DNA of 64,000 nt from Cyanophyceae cyanobacterium (GTDB lineage Bacteria > Cyanobacteriota > Cyanobacteriia > Cyanobacteriales > Laspinemataceae). The notes beneath the pieces are model-generated. The model was not told the DNA's origin, did not search any database, and saw only the letters and a program-made list of their open reading frames with translations. Position numbers and translations under genes: made by a program. Positions 1 to 9,424 of this stretch are shown in pieces. The DNA lies in the NCBI GenBank assembly GCA_038321985.1, contig JBBQFN010000002.1, positions 288,001 through 352,000 on the forward strand, written 5' to 3'. How positions within the stretch are numbered: the first letter of the stretch is position 1; the number at the start of each line of letters is the position of its first letter.

Positions 1-107
1 GGGATGAATTGAGATAACAATGATGGGCTTCAAGAGGAAGCAGAATGGCCTAGAACCCGGGGATTGAGGATGAACCCTGGGGTCTAATTGGCGGTAAATA
101 GAATGAC

Positions 108-123
108 TGTAGCAGTGACTACA
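108..123. promoter_or_regulatory. NtcA-type binding site
   Basis: TGTA-GCAGTGAC-TACA matches the TGTA-N8-TACA consensus; the target gene may lie beyond the left edge. Confidence 0.5.
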
Positions 124-594
124 AACTGGTAGAACGATTTGCGTATTTGCGCGATCGCTCTGCCAGTCTTGATTAAGGGGACATCTCCTGTTAAAATTAA
201 AAAATCTACCCATAGGGGGTTTTACATAAACGCCCGATCAATGTTTGGGCCGGCTCGGATAAAACAGCGATCGCAACTTTCATTCAATTACTCGGGTCCC
301 TAATAGGAAAAAAGCAGACTGTGAGTGATATCTGGTGATTTGAAGCCAGCTTTGATGAGATCACAAAGTCTTTAATTTAGGTTCCTGTTGTGGGATTATT
401 CTGGAACTCCCAACCCTGGGATTGAAGTAGCGTTTGCGGAACCCGTAGCCTGGGTGTTGGTGTCTAAATTGATATCTGAGGGTTTGGCCCAATCCCATAA
501 ACTCAATCGAGATCTTCCCCTAGCTGATGCAAAGTGCAATCAGGGTTAATTCCAACTGAAAGCATTTAGGTATCGCTCATAACGGAGCAGTGCT

Positions 595-1602
595 ATGAAC
601 CAGGACGAACAACGACGTAAAAAACAGCCTAATCCGCTGGTACTCGCTGTCATGTTGACAGGTGTCGCACTCCTAGAAGTGCATCCCAAAGCCGCCTCTA
701 GTGCAGTGAGCAACCCCGTGGCGATCGCGGGGCAACTTGTTCGCAACACACGCAATATCCTGCGTCAAACGGTTGACCCTTACCGTCTTCCAGATGCTGT
801 TGTCCAGGCTGTGGAACAAGACCTTTCCCAAAAGCTGGGAATTCCCGCCTCTGAGCTAGAAATTACCGACTACAGCCTGGAACTTAAGACCCTTAAGTGT
901 CAGGACAACTTAACTCCTACAGGGGATTGTGCCAACAAGCGCTCACAGCAATGGCGCATCGTCGTCTCTGATCGCTGGGTGTATCGCAGTGATCCCCAAG
1001 GGAAAATCCTGCACCTGGAAACCCCGGATGTGCCGGTCAGTTATCTCCCCGGATCCGTTGCTAATGCAGTCTTAGAAGCCTCCGCCCTTCATTCTGGTTT
1101 AGACATTGCTCAGCTGAGTATCACTCAGATCCAGGTCCGGGACTGGGCGAATTTTTGCCTAGAGGTAGATACATCCGGTGAAGATTGTAATAAGGGGACC
1201 GCACCGGGTTGGCAGATTGCGATCGCTGCCGGAAACGAACGCCTCGTTTATGACGTTGACCCCTCTGGGGACACCGTATTATTCAATCCTGCCTTATCTT
1301 CAACCGTTAATCCCTTAGTGCAGTCCCCTTTGCCCTCGGGTTTAGTATCCCTTGTCAAAGCCGAACTCTCAAAAAACGTGGGAATTTCGCCCAAACAAGT
1401 ACAAGTAGCAGAATATAGTCGCCAAACTTGGACCGACAATTGTCTGGGATTGCTCCATTCCCAAGCTGTCTGTGATCTCAACACCGTCAACGGCTGGCGA
1501 ATTGTCTTATCCAATGGTGGGACTCGCTGGGTTTATCGCACCGATGCCACCGGCAAAACCCTCGGCTTAGAAACTGCTATTCCCGAACATCAGAATTGGT
1601 AA
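595..1602 (+). CDS. Exported hypothetical protein with three ~85-aa repeats, each carrying a C-X9-C pair
   Basis: N-terminal basic plus hydrophobic signal-like segment; three repeats of the form LP..V...V...L....G.....L.I......W...CL........C......GW.I.....WVYR.D..G. Confidence 0.8.
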   Translation: MNQDEQRRKKQPNPLVLAVMLTGVALLEVHPKAASSAVSNPVAIAGQLVRNTRNILRQTVDPYRLPDAVVQAVEQDLSQKLGIPASELEITDYSLELKTLKCQDNLTPTGDCANKRSQQWRIVVSDRWVYRSDPQGKILHLETPDVPVSYLPGSVANAVLEASALHSGLDIAQLSITQIQVRDWANFCLEVDTSGEDCNKGTAPGWQIAIAAGNERLVYDVDPSGDTVLFNPALSSTVNPLVQSPLPSGLVSLVKAELSKNVGISPKQVQVAEYSRQTWTDNCLGLLHSQAVCDLNTVNGWRIVLSNGGTRWVYRTDATGKTLGLETAIPEHQNW

Positions 1603-2048
1603 AAATTTAAAACTTAATCCCCTTTAATCATGTAACGTTAAACCTTCGATTCTTGCCCGGGTCGGGGCTACTAACCCCTGCCCTAAGAAACTTCACCCCA
1701 AAAAGGTCCCGCTCGGAATTTACTCCCGAAGCGGGCCTATTTTCTTGAAACTCAAACTCCTCCCGATCAGAAGAGATTTTTGAGGATAAGCACTTAGGAA
1801 TCTCCGGAAAAAAAGTCTTCCACCGGATGGGCGCAAACTCTCCAAGTAGTGCTAACCTACCCATCACAAGGGTAGTATTTCATTTTTTTTGAGTTCCCGG
1901 ATCAAGTTGCCTGCGAGCCAAGCTGCCTTAGCTTTTAGACTAAGGTATTCTACACAAAAGAAGCGCTTTCCTTGAGATCAAGTCCCAGTGGCTCCAGAAA
2001 GGGAAGCGCTAACTCATCAAGGGAATCGAACTCCAGGAGGATTTTGCT

Positions 2049-3341
2049 ATGCCAGTGCCCAACAACCTGTCGATCGCCACCTGCTATTTACTCATGGGAC
2101 TCACGGGTTTCGGTCTTGCAGGATGTGGAAATGTAGGGCCGGGTTCATCCGGGGATCTCAGGCTTGACCAGCCCGTGCGATTGATAGCAGAAGCCGATCG
2201 AGAAGCCGTCTTTGTCAGCCTGCCCTCCCCTCGACGCGACCCCAACCAGAACTTTACCGCAGAGGTTCTCGAAATAGACCTCTCCGGTAAAAAGCGCCGT
2301 ATTAACGCCACCCGCAAGCAAATTGAATATACGGACTCTGTAACGGGGGAAGTAAATCGGTTACATCTGTTGGGCTTTAATTGGGCTGGAATCCAACGCT
2401 GGGTTCCCGATCCCCAGCATCCCTCCCCGCTATTCTGGCGCAATCCCCAGGACCCCACGGTGCTCTTGTTTCAACCTCAATTGAACCTCGGGGGCTTATA
2501 TTTTCTGGATACAAACATCCTAGCGATCAAGACAATCGACAACCATAAGGCACTGCGGGAGGCGATCGCCAAAACTAGGGCCTTGCCCCCCGCTCCCCCA
2601 CCACCGAATTGCAAGGAATCCGAGTGTGAGGCCGGAGTAAGAATTCTCTACTGGGCCTCCGACCCCAATTGGTCCCCCGATGGTCGTCAGATTGCCTTTA
2701 CCTCAAATCGAGAAACCTTGGGATCCGGTTCGGATATGAGTGTTTGGGTTCTGGAGGTCCCCACCGGCAAAGTGACTAAAGTCCTGGGCAGCACTGGGGA
2801 TAAATATCGGATTTTTGGGTGGACGGCAGCCGGTCGCATTTTGGCTTGGGAGTACAGTCAATCGCCCACTGCATTAGTGGCAATCTCCCCGACGGGAGGA
2901 AACAAAGAAGTTTTATTACAGGGTGAATTCCTGGAATTTCTCGCCCTCAGCGATGATTACAAAACCTTGCTCTATGCCAGCCGACCCTCTGGGGAAAACT
3001 CCACCAGCAGTTTTGCCAAACTCTATGCCTTTTCTGTGGATAGCGGAGAGAGTCAACTCCTGTTTGAAGAGACGCCCATTGAAAGGTTATCTGGTATTCG
3101 CCCGGATTTCTCCGAACAAAGCGATCGCGTGGTGGCTCTTCTGAGTGATGTAGAAGGGGGTCATACCCTCTGGGTTTATGACCTGCCTCAACAAATCAGT
3201 AAGCGCGTTTCTGTCCCTGCCGGTAAACGACTCTTTGCCACTGAGCGCAAGTTAGAGTGGGCGGGCGATCGCCTCGTGGTTCCCCTAGAAGACGTCCAAA
3301 CTCAGACCTTCAGCACCCTACTGATGGCGGTTGACTTGTAG
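2049..3341 (+). CDS. Lipoprotein with TolB/PD40-type beta-propeller
   Basis: Lipobox LAGC; PD40 motif DPNWSPDGRQIAFTSNR; RBS AGGAGG upstream. Confidence 0.75.
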   Translation: MPVPNNLSIATCYLLMGLTGFGLAGCGNVGPGSSGDLRLDQPVRLIAEADREAVFVSLPSPRRDPNQNFTAEVLEIDLSGKKRRINATRKQIEYTDSVTGEVNRLHLLGFNWAGIQRWVPDPQHPSPLFWRNPQDPTVLLFQPQLNLGGLYFLDTNILAIKTIDNHKALREAIAKTRALPPAPPPPNCKESECEAGVRILYWASDPNWSPDGRQIAFTSNRETLGSGSDMSVWVLEVPTGKVTKVLGSTGDKYRIFGWTAAGRILAWEYSQSPTALVAISPTGGNKEVLLQGEFLEFLALSDDYKTLLYASRPSGENSTSSFAKLYAFSVDSGESQLLFEETPIERLSGIRPDFSEQSDRVVALLSDVEGGHTLWVYDLPQQISKRVSVPAGKRLFATERKLEWAGDRLVVPLEDVQTQTFSTLLMAVDL

Positions 3342-3474
3342 AATTCACCCCCTGAGTCCGGGGATAATTTTGGAGATTTTTTGAATCTACGGTTTCCCGG
3401 TCGGAATTTGCTTGTTTTTTTTCCAAGACTTTGATAGAATCGATTGCATCCCTAGCCAGTTGTTAGCAACAAAA

Positions 3475-4053
3475 ATGAGCGTTCAGCCTGGACATTTACA
3501 CGGTTTCCCACCCCAACCTTTTCCCGAGAGCGAAAGGTCGGCCCGATTAGAATCTACCCGCGAAACTTTTTACTATTTCGCCTACGGTTCTTGTATGTGT
3601 CCAGTGGATTTAAAGCGATCGCTGGGGGAAACAACCCATCAGTATGCAGTCGGTCCAGCTACCCTCAAAGGCTATCGGCTCAAATTTTCCGGGTATTCAA
3701 CCTTGCGAAATTGCGGCGTCCTTGATGTTGCCAAAGACCCATCTGCCTCTGTAGAAGGCGTTCTCTATAAACTCCCTTGGCGACTGTCTGCTCTCCTCGA
3801 CGAACGAGAAAAAGGCTATCATCACGAAACCATCGAAATTTACTCCGGCAATCAGGTTTACAAGAACGTTCGCACCTACACGGTCGCCCATAAACTTTCC
3901 GAAGAACTGCCGCCTAATGATTGGTATTTTCAGGTTGTCTTGCGCGGTGCCATCACCTGTGGACTCCCTGAAACCTACTGCTGGCATTTATTTAACTATA
4001 TGCATCAGTTGCAAAGCCGCCCGGGTCAGAATGTTTCGCTGAAAAAAGCCTAA
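3475..4053 (+). CDS. Gamma-glutamylcyclotransferase (AIG2-like) family protein
   Basis: YYFAYGS motif, VEGVLY, LDERE; ATG at 3475 preferred over TTG at 3412. Confidence 0.85.
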   Translation: MSVQPGHLHGFPPQPFPESERSARLESTRETFYYFAYGSCMCPVDLKRSLGETTHQYAVGPATLKGYRLKFSGYSTLRNCGVLDVAKDPSASVEGVLYKLPWRLSALLDEREKGYHHETIEIYSGNQVYKNVRTYTVAHKLSEELPPNDWYFQVVLRGAITCGLPETYCWHLFNYMHQLQSRPGQNVSLKKA

Positions 4054-4222
4054 ATTTTTATTTTTTTGTGGGGATGAAAGAGGGACTTAAATAAGGTCTT
4101 ATTTTGCTTAACTTTCACCCTTGATTGCTCTATCATTCCTAAATGATCAATTCCCCCGGCGATCGCATTGCTTAAACTTTCCGGAAATTCTCTAAATATA
4201 GGGATATATTTCTCCCTTAAAA

Positions 4223-4268
4223 ACCTCTAAAGACCCATTTTGTATCGTAAAAACGGGTCTTTAGAGGT
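4223..4268. terminator. Hairpin, probable bidirectional terminator
   Basis: 14-bp perfect inverted repeat ACCTCTAAAGACCC/GGGTCTTTAGAGGT between convergent genes. Confidence 0.6.
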
Positions 4269-4390
4269 AATTTCTCTGAGGCTACTTTCTCCCCTGTGTC
4301 TTGGCGAGAAAACAGGAGGTTAGGGCACCCTGATTGAATCAGCGGGCTTATATAAAACCCTAAAGTTTTGAGTAGGAGAAACCTAGCCTC

Positions 4391-5173
4391 TCAACTGACC
4401 TGGGCGGTCCGCTGTGCTAAGGGAACTTCAAAGCGATCGCCCGGTTGTGGGTCGATCACACGAGATGAAATCTGGTGTTTTGCTAACAAAGAGCGAAAAT
4501 CTTCGACCGTTCCTTGGGCACGAATCAAAGACATCAGTATCCCCTCAAATATCACATCGCCCCCAGCCGCAGTGGGCAGCATCACTTCGGGTTGCAGCAA
4601 TTTAGCCAGTTCTAAAGCACTTTCTTTACCCTTAATAATCGAGCCAATCAGGGGCAGAGACAAATCCACGATCGGGGCGATCGCCACACTGATCGGACCT
4701 TCATTTTTCAGAGTAGGAGAATGAGAACCGTGAGGTTCGTAATACAAACTGGTGCCAGTTTCTAAATCCCGGAGAATATAAGCATTTTCCACCAACATCG
4801 GACCGATGGGGGAACCGGGAATAGCCTTAATTTCTAGTTGATTTCCTAGGTAAAAACTTTTCCCGTGAGCCAGGGGGGTAATCTGAGTATAATTCAACTC
4901 CTGGACCACCTTCGCCGCATTTACAGACGCGACAACGGGAATATTTCGATCAAGTTCCTTTAAAGTGGCTGGGTGTGCGTGGTCTTCCAAACCCTGGGAC
5001 AGTAGAATCAAGTCGATATTGTCAGGGATTGAGCGGGCAATGCGCCGAGCGCTTTTAAACAACCACGGTTGGTTTCCAAATACTAATGGACCGACCAACC
5101 AGGGGTCAAGTAGGATCCGTTTCCCGGCTAGTTCAATGAGCCACGAATTACTGTCTAACCAAGTCAAATACAT
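4391..5173 (-). CDS. MBL-fold metallo-hydrolase
   Basis: LTWLDSNSWLIE..ILLDPW and SQGLEDHAHP (variant of the HxHxDH motif); ATG at 5173. Confidence 0.85.
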   Translation of the reverse strand: MYLTWLDSNSWLIELAGKRILLDPWLVGPLVFGNQPWLFKSARRIARSIPDNIDLILLSQGLEDHAHPATLKELDRNIPVVASVNAAKVVQELNYTQITPLAHGKSFYLGNQLEIKAIPGSPIGPMLVENAYILRDLETGTSLYYEPHGSHSPTLKNEGPISVAIAPIVDLSLPLIGSIIKGKESALELAKLLQPEVMLPTAAGGDVIFEGILMSLIRAQGTVEDFRSLLAKHQISSRVIDPQPGDRFEVPLAQRTAQVS

Positions 5174-5227
5174 AATCCGAATCAATCTTATTCTTATTGA
5201 TGATGCCTTGATATATTTTACGTCCTT

Positions 5228-5245
5228 GTTACAATTGTTTACAAG
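5228..5245. promoter_or_regulatory. HLR1-like (RpaB) direct repeat
   Basis: GTTACAAT-TG-TTTACAAG versus the consensus (G/T)TTACA(T/A)(T/A)-NN repeat, 55 bp upstream of the MBL hydrolase start. Confidence 0.6.
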
Positions 5246-5811
5246 GTTTTCAGGAATTAATTTGGGGTAGGGGCTTGCATTCAGTAGATTTACGCAACCC
5301 CAATAAAAGCGCCTATGATTAACCCCTTTATTCTAGCCCACCCTAAATAAAGCCATTGGGGTCCAAAGAATTCTCCAGTCCATTGGCGATCGCTACCCCT
5401 CAAAATCTAACCCCTACAGATTGAAACTGAGGGTGGGTGAAGAAAGAAAGTGATGAACCAAAATCGCGCTAGTGAAGGGGGAAATCCAGCCTTCAGTAAG
5501 GGAATTAAACCTCATGACTAAACTAAGCCACTGCGGTTATAAAATCAATTTCCCTTTTTTTAGCTGCGATCCCCCCTAGCAACCATTTGATCCCCAATTT
5601 TAATCCCACAGATTTTTGGAGGGCGATCGCCGAGGGTCAAAAATGCTCATAGCTCAATCCTGTTACGGGATGGCCCCTAAAATAATTCCCACTGATTTAG
5701 GACTCAAATCACACTTCAAGGGAGCTTTAAATCACAGATTACCTTGCTAAAATAACCGATACTTGAGATAATAAAGTTAAAGAAATCATTACGTTTTCAC
5801 GAGGAAAGAAA

Positions 5812-6012
5812 ATGTTAATTCAGGGAAATTTTTACAAACTCACAATTTCGGAAATTTTTTGTAAAATCTGGCGCTCCGGAAAAATTACTTACCTAGAACG
5901 CTGGGGTTTAATGAGTGCCCTGCTCAAAGATTCACTGACAGAAGATGAAATGGACGCTATTAACCGCCTCCTTCACGCCGTACGACGCGGATGGTTGCGA
6001 GTCGAAGAGTAA
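5812..6012 (+). CDS. Small cyanobacterial hypothetical protein
   Basis: 66 aa, RBS GAGGA; C-terminal L.E.E...INRLL.AVRRG pattern resembles a common cyanobacterial small-protein family. Confidence 0.75.
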   Translation: MLIQGNFYKLTISEIFCKIWRSGKITYLERWGLMSALLKDSLTEDEMDAINRLLHAVRRGWLRVEE

Positions 6013-6753
6013 ACTCTCTCTCAAAGTATCCGTTGTCATCCGGACCCTGACTGGCCCGATGAAGAATTGTTAGGTAGTAATCGGGTATCCAGCTAAAAAA
6101 AATAAATTTTGGGCTTGCCACAATTCAGTAGAAGGATAGCAAGATAGCTTTTCTCCGGTTTTTGAGGGATATTTGGGCTTTTGGCGGGAGCCAGACCCTT
6201 GCTCTTACCCACCCGCAGAAAGAAATCTTTCATAATTGAAGTGCCTACACCGCCGCGATCGCTTCAAAGCACTTACTTCTATATCCCGACTCCTTCTTAT
6301 ACTCCACCCCCGCCAAAACGTCTCATACGGAATTCGGAACCGAAAGGTCTTCTATAGAAAGCTGAAAGCCTTTAGGGGAGAAACCTTTATTACGTTTATG
6401 AGTAGCGGATTCCGTATCACCCTAGGGCCGCACCGCGTAGCTATACCTATTTGCTTTGCCCACTTCTCATCCCTAGCTGTACCGCACGAGTCCGCGAAGC
6501 GCTACAAATCTTTCTCACAATAGGATTAAAGGAGTAGCCCAGAGATCACACGCTCCCACTCCCCAAAAAATTATCAAATGTATTTAAACTCACTTTATAA
6601 AAAGCCTACATCATTCCTGTAGGTGCCGCACCTCAACTGCCCCGCCTACACTCTGGCAGTTTCAGACCTTATATAAATGCTCTAATTCCTTTAGGCTCGC
6701 GACATCAGAGGCTAAAATGTCTAATTCTTGCCATCTAATCGGGTCCCCCCGCC

Positions 6754-7794
6754 TTAAGTGCGAGTTTTTCCATTGGGTTGAATCACCCCGGTCAAACTTG
6801 CTCCCCGGAGGTTAACATTGACCACATTGGCTTGAGAAAGGTTTGCTCCACAAAGATTGGCTCCGGTCAAATCTGCATCCATTAGATGAGAACCCATTAG
6901 ATTAGCTTCACTCAAGTTAGCGTGACTAAGATTTGCTTGAATCAAATAAGCACCACTCAAGTTAGCAAGGCTGAGTTCAGCACCACTGAGGTTTGCGCCG
7001 GTTAGGAGTTTATCGCTTAAGTCCACCCCAGTCAAATTGGACCCACTCAAGTTAATCCCACTTAATTGCACATCTTTAAGGCAAACTTCGGTTAAATCCG
7101 TCAGACTCAAGTTTGCCTTGCTCAGATTGGCACGGCTGAGGTTAACTTCCCTGAGATCCGCTCCACTGAGATTTGCCCAATTGAGATGGGCTTCACTCAG
7201 GTTAGCTTGCTTGAGATTGGCACCACTGAGGTTGGCATGAGTTAGATCCCCTAGGCTGAGGTTAGCTTGCTTGAGCTTGGCCCCACTCAGGTTGGTTTTA
7301 GATAGGTTGGCTTGGGTTAAATCGGCCTTATTTAGGCTTGCCAGAGTCAGATTCGCTTCTCGCAGATCGGCAGATTTTAGATTCGTTCCAATTAAATAGG
7401 TTTGGCTCAGTTCGGCTTTGTTGAGAATGGCTCCACTGAGGTTAGCTCCGCTGACATCCGCATGGGTGAGATTGGCCCCACTGAGATCAGCTCCCCGGAG
7501 ATCCGCCCAATTGAGATGGGCTCCGGTTAAGTTGGCCCCACTGAGGTTGGCTCCAGCCAGGTTCGCTCCACTGAGACTGGCTCCACTTAAATTGGAGCGA
7601 CTCAGATTTGCGCCACTTAAATCGGCCTTAGTTAGATTAGCTCTACTTAAGTAGACGCCGCTGAGGTTGGCTCCACTTAAATCGGCCTTGGTGAGGGTCA
7701 GACGATTAAAATCTCTCGTCCCTCCTGCGTATTGCTGCAAGAGTTCTTCTTTGGAGAAGCTAAGCTTTTGTGCACCGAGGAGGTCCGCTGTCAT
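6754..7794 (-). CDS. Pentapeptide repeat protein
   Basis: ELLQQYAGGTRDF N-terminus followed by dozens of A(D/N)LxG-type pentapeptides. Confidence 0.95.
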   Translation of the reverse strand: MTADLLGAQKLSFSKEELLQQYAGGTRDFNRLTLTKADLSGANLSGVYLSRANLTKADLSGANLSRSNLSGASLSGANLAGANLSGANLTGAHLNWADLRGADLSGANLTHADVSGANLSGAILNKAELSQTYLIGTNLKSADLREANLTLASLNKADLTQANLSKTNLSGAKLKQANLSLGDLTHANLSGANLKQANLSEAHLNWANLSGADLREVNLSRANLSKANLSLTDLTEVCLKDVQLSGINLSGSNLTGVDLSDKLLTGANLSGAELSLANLSGAYLIQANLSHANLSEANLMGSHLMDADLTGANLCGANLSQANVVNVNLRGASLTGVIQPNGKTRT

Positions 7795-8378
7795 AGCTAA
7801 AGTGCTTTCTTATAATTATTTAATCTTTCTATTAGAATCTTACTCAAATATACGGAGTCTATGAAACCGAATATTCTCTGAACTGTCGTTAATTTTTGTA
7901 ACAGCGCCAATGGGACAGGCATAGGGGGGTCAAATTCGGGTGAATTTTGATTAAATTTTGGAGAGTTTGAGAAAGGAGAACAGGTTCAAAGGCTTACTTA
8001 ACAAGGGTTTTCCCCAGTAATTTTTCTAAACAAGGATCTCTGGGGCCGCGCTCAGAGAGCGGTCCCTCTTGTTGACAGGTTAGGGATGGAAAACTAAGGT
8101 AAGTTCCTTTATTCATACCGATCGCCTACCACAATGGCCTTTTTCTCCGGAATCATAGGGCCTCCTTTCATTTGTGAATTTTTCCGTGCGGAGAAATTTA
8201 CCAGAATTTACGGTGGACAGAATCAATAAAATATGTTAATTAAAAACCTGAATTATGGACTAGGAGGGGTCCATACCTTCCGGGCGATCGTTAAAATTAC
8301 GGAGGTTTGAAGCGTGGGCCATTCCTAGCTGATAATAAACTCTTAAAGCCAAACCTGCGTGAAACAAAGGTAAAAAGA

Positions 8379-8966
8379 ATGACTTTAACCCCTTCAACGA
8401 TGCTCCCACTGGGAACCTCGGCACCGGATTTTAACCTCCCAGATGTTGTCACCACAGAGACAATCTCCCTCAGAACCTTTGCCGATAAAACCGCACTGGT
8501 TGTCATGTTTATTTGCCAACATTGTCCTTTTGTTAAGCACGTTCAACAAGAGATCGCCAATATTGGTAAGGATTATCACGATCGCGGCGTGGGAATTGTG
8601 GCGATTAGCTCTAATTTTGTGGAGACTCATCCCCAGGATGCCCCAGAGAAGCTCAAAGAAATGGCATTAGATTTGGGATTTTCGTTTCCCTATTGTTACG
8701 ACGAAACCCAAGAGGTAGCGATCGCCTATACTGCTGCTTGCACTCCCGATTTTTTTGTGTTTGATCGCAGTCGCCATTTAGTTTATCGGGGTCAACTGGA
8801 TGAGAGTCGTCCCGGCAATAGTCAACCTGTAACGGGAAAAGACTTACGTGCGGCGATCGAGGCCCTATTGGCTGGTTCCCCTATGGGTTCGGACCAAAAG
8901 CCCAGCATTGGCTGCAATATCAAATGGAAACCCGGCCATGAACCGGCCTATTATGGGGCCTGGTAG
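8379..8966 (+). CDS. Thioredoxin-family (AhpC/TSA-like) protein
   Basis: APDFNLPD, FICQHCPFV, AACTPDFFVFD, PSIGCNIKWK; ATG at 8379. Confidence 0.9.
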   Translation: MTLTPSTMLPLGTSAPDFNLPDVVTTETISLRTFADKTALVVMFICQHCPFVKHVQQEIANIGKDYHDRGVGIVAISSNFVETHPQDAPEKLKEMALDLGFSFPYCYDETQEVAIAYTAACTPDFFVFDRSRHLVYRGQLDESRPGNSQPVTGKDLRAAIEALLAGSPMGSDQKPSIGCNIKWKPGHEPAYYGAW

Positions 8967-9071
8967 TGGTAGGAGAACATCCGCCCCGGGGAGGGAAGCT
9001 TTCTCTTCTGAGGCGATCGCAAAATTCCCCTAGACGGCGGATTTTATAAGGGACTAAAACAACAGTCAGGC

Positions 9072-9100
9072 TTGACAAAAACCATAAAGTGAGATACAAT
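9072..9100 (+). promoter_or_regulatory. Near-consensus sigma70 promoter
   Basis: TTGACA-N17-TACAAT. Confidence 0.65.
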
Positions 9101-9424
9101 ATCAAGCTGATGATTCAAGCCGTTCCCCCCGTGCCTTCTAGGGCGACTGTTTCCTTGTCGGTCGGACTCTGCTGCGATCGTCGCCCTACCTCCCAATTCA
9201 CGAATGTAGCGCTTATAATCTGATGTTCGAGGAGTTGTTTCTAGCACAAGTTGTGACACTACGCATCACTCCTAGGGTAGAAGGCACAGGAGAGCGAACC
9301 TCGTAAATTTAAAGAGAGAAGCACCGAATGCGATCGCTCTAACGAATCTCTAATGAATTAGGATGAGCCAGCGATCGGAATCGTTGATTCTCATTAAAAA
9401 TTCGTGGTGAGTGAATTTATCGAT

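Noticed and set aside
1..213. Open minus-strand frame from ATG 213 running off the left edge
   Set aside because: No recognisable motif, and it contains a perfect NtcA-like site, which suggests regulatory DNA; cannot be resolved without flanking sequence
6236..6523. 95-aa ORF and short local repeats (TAGCTATACC/TAGCTGTACC)
   Set aside because: TTG start without RBS and non-protein-like composition; the repeats are too short to support an RNA or array call
6754..7794. 15-bp periodicity that could resemble an array
   Set aside because: Fully explained by pentapeptide-repeat coding; there are no spacers
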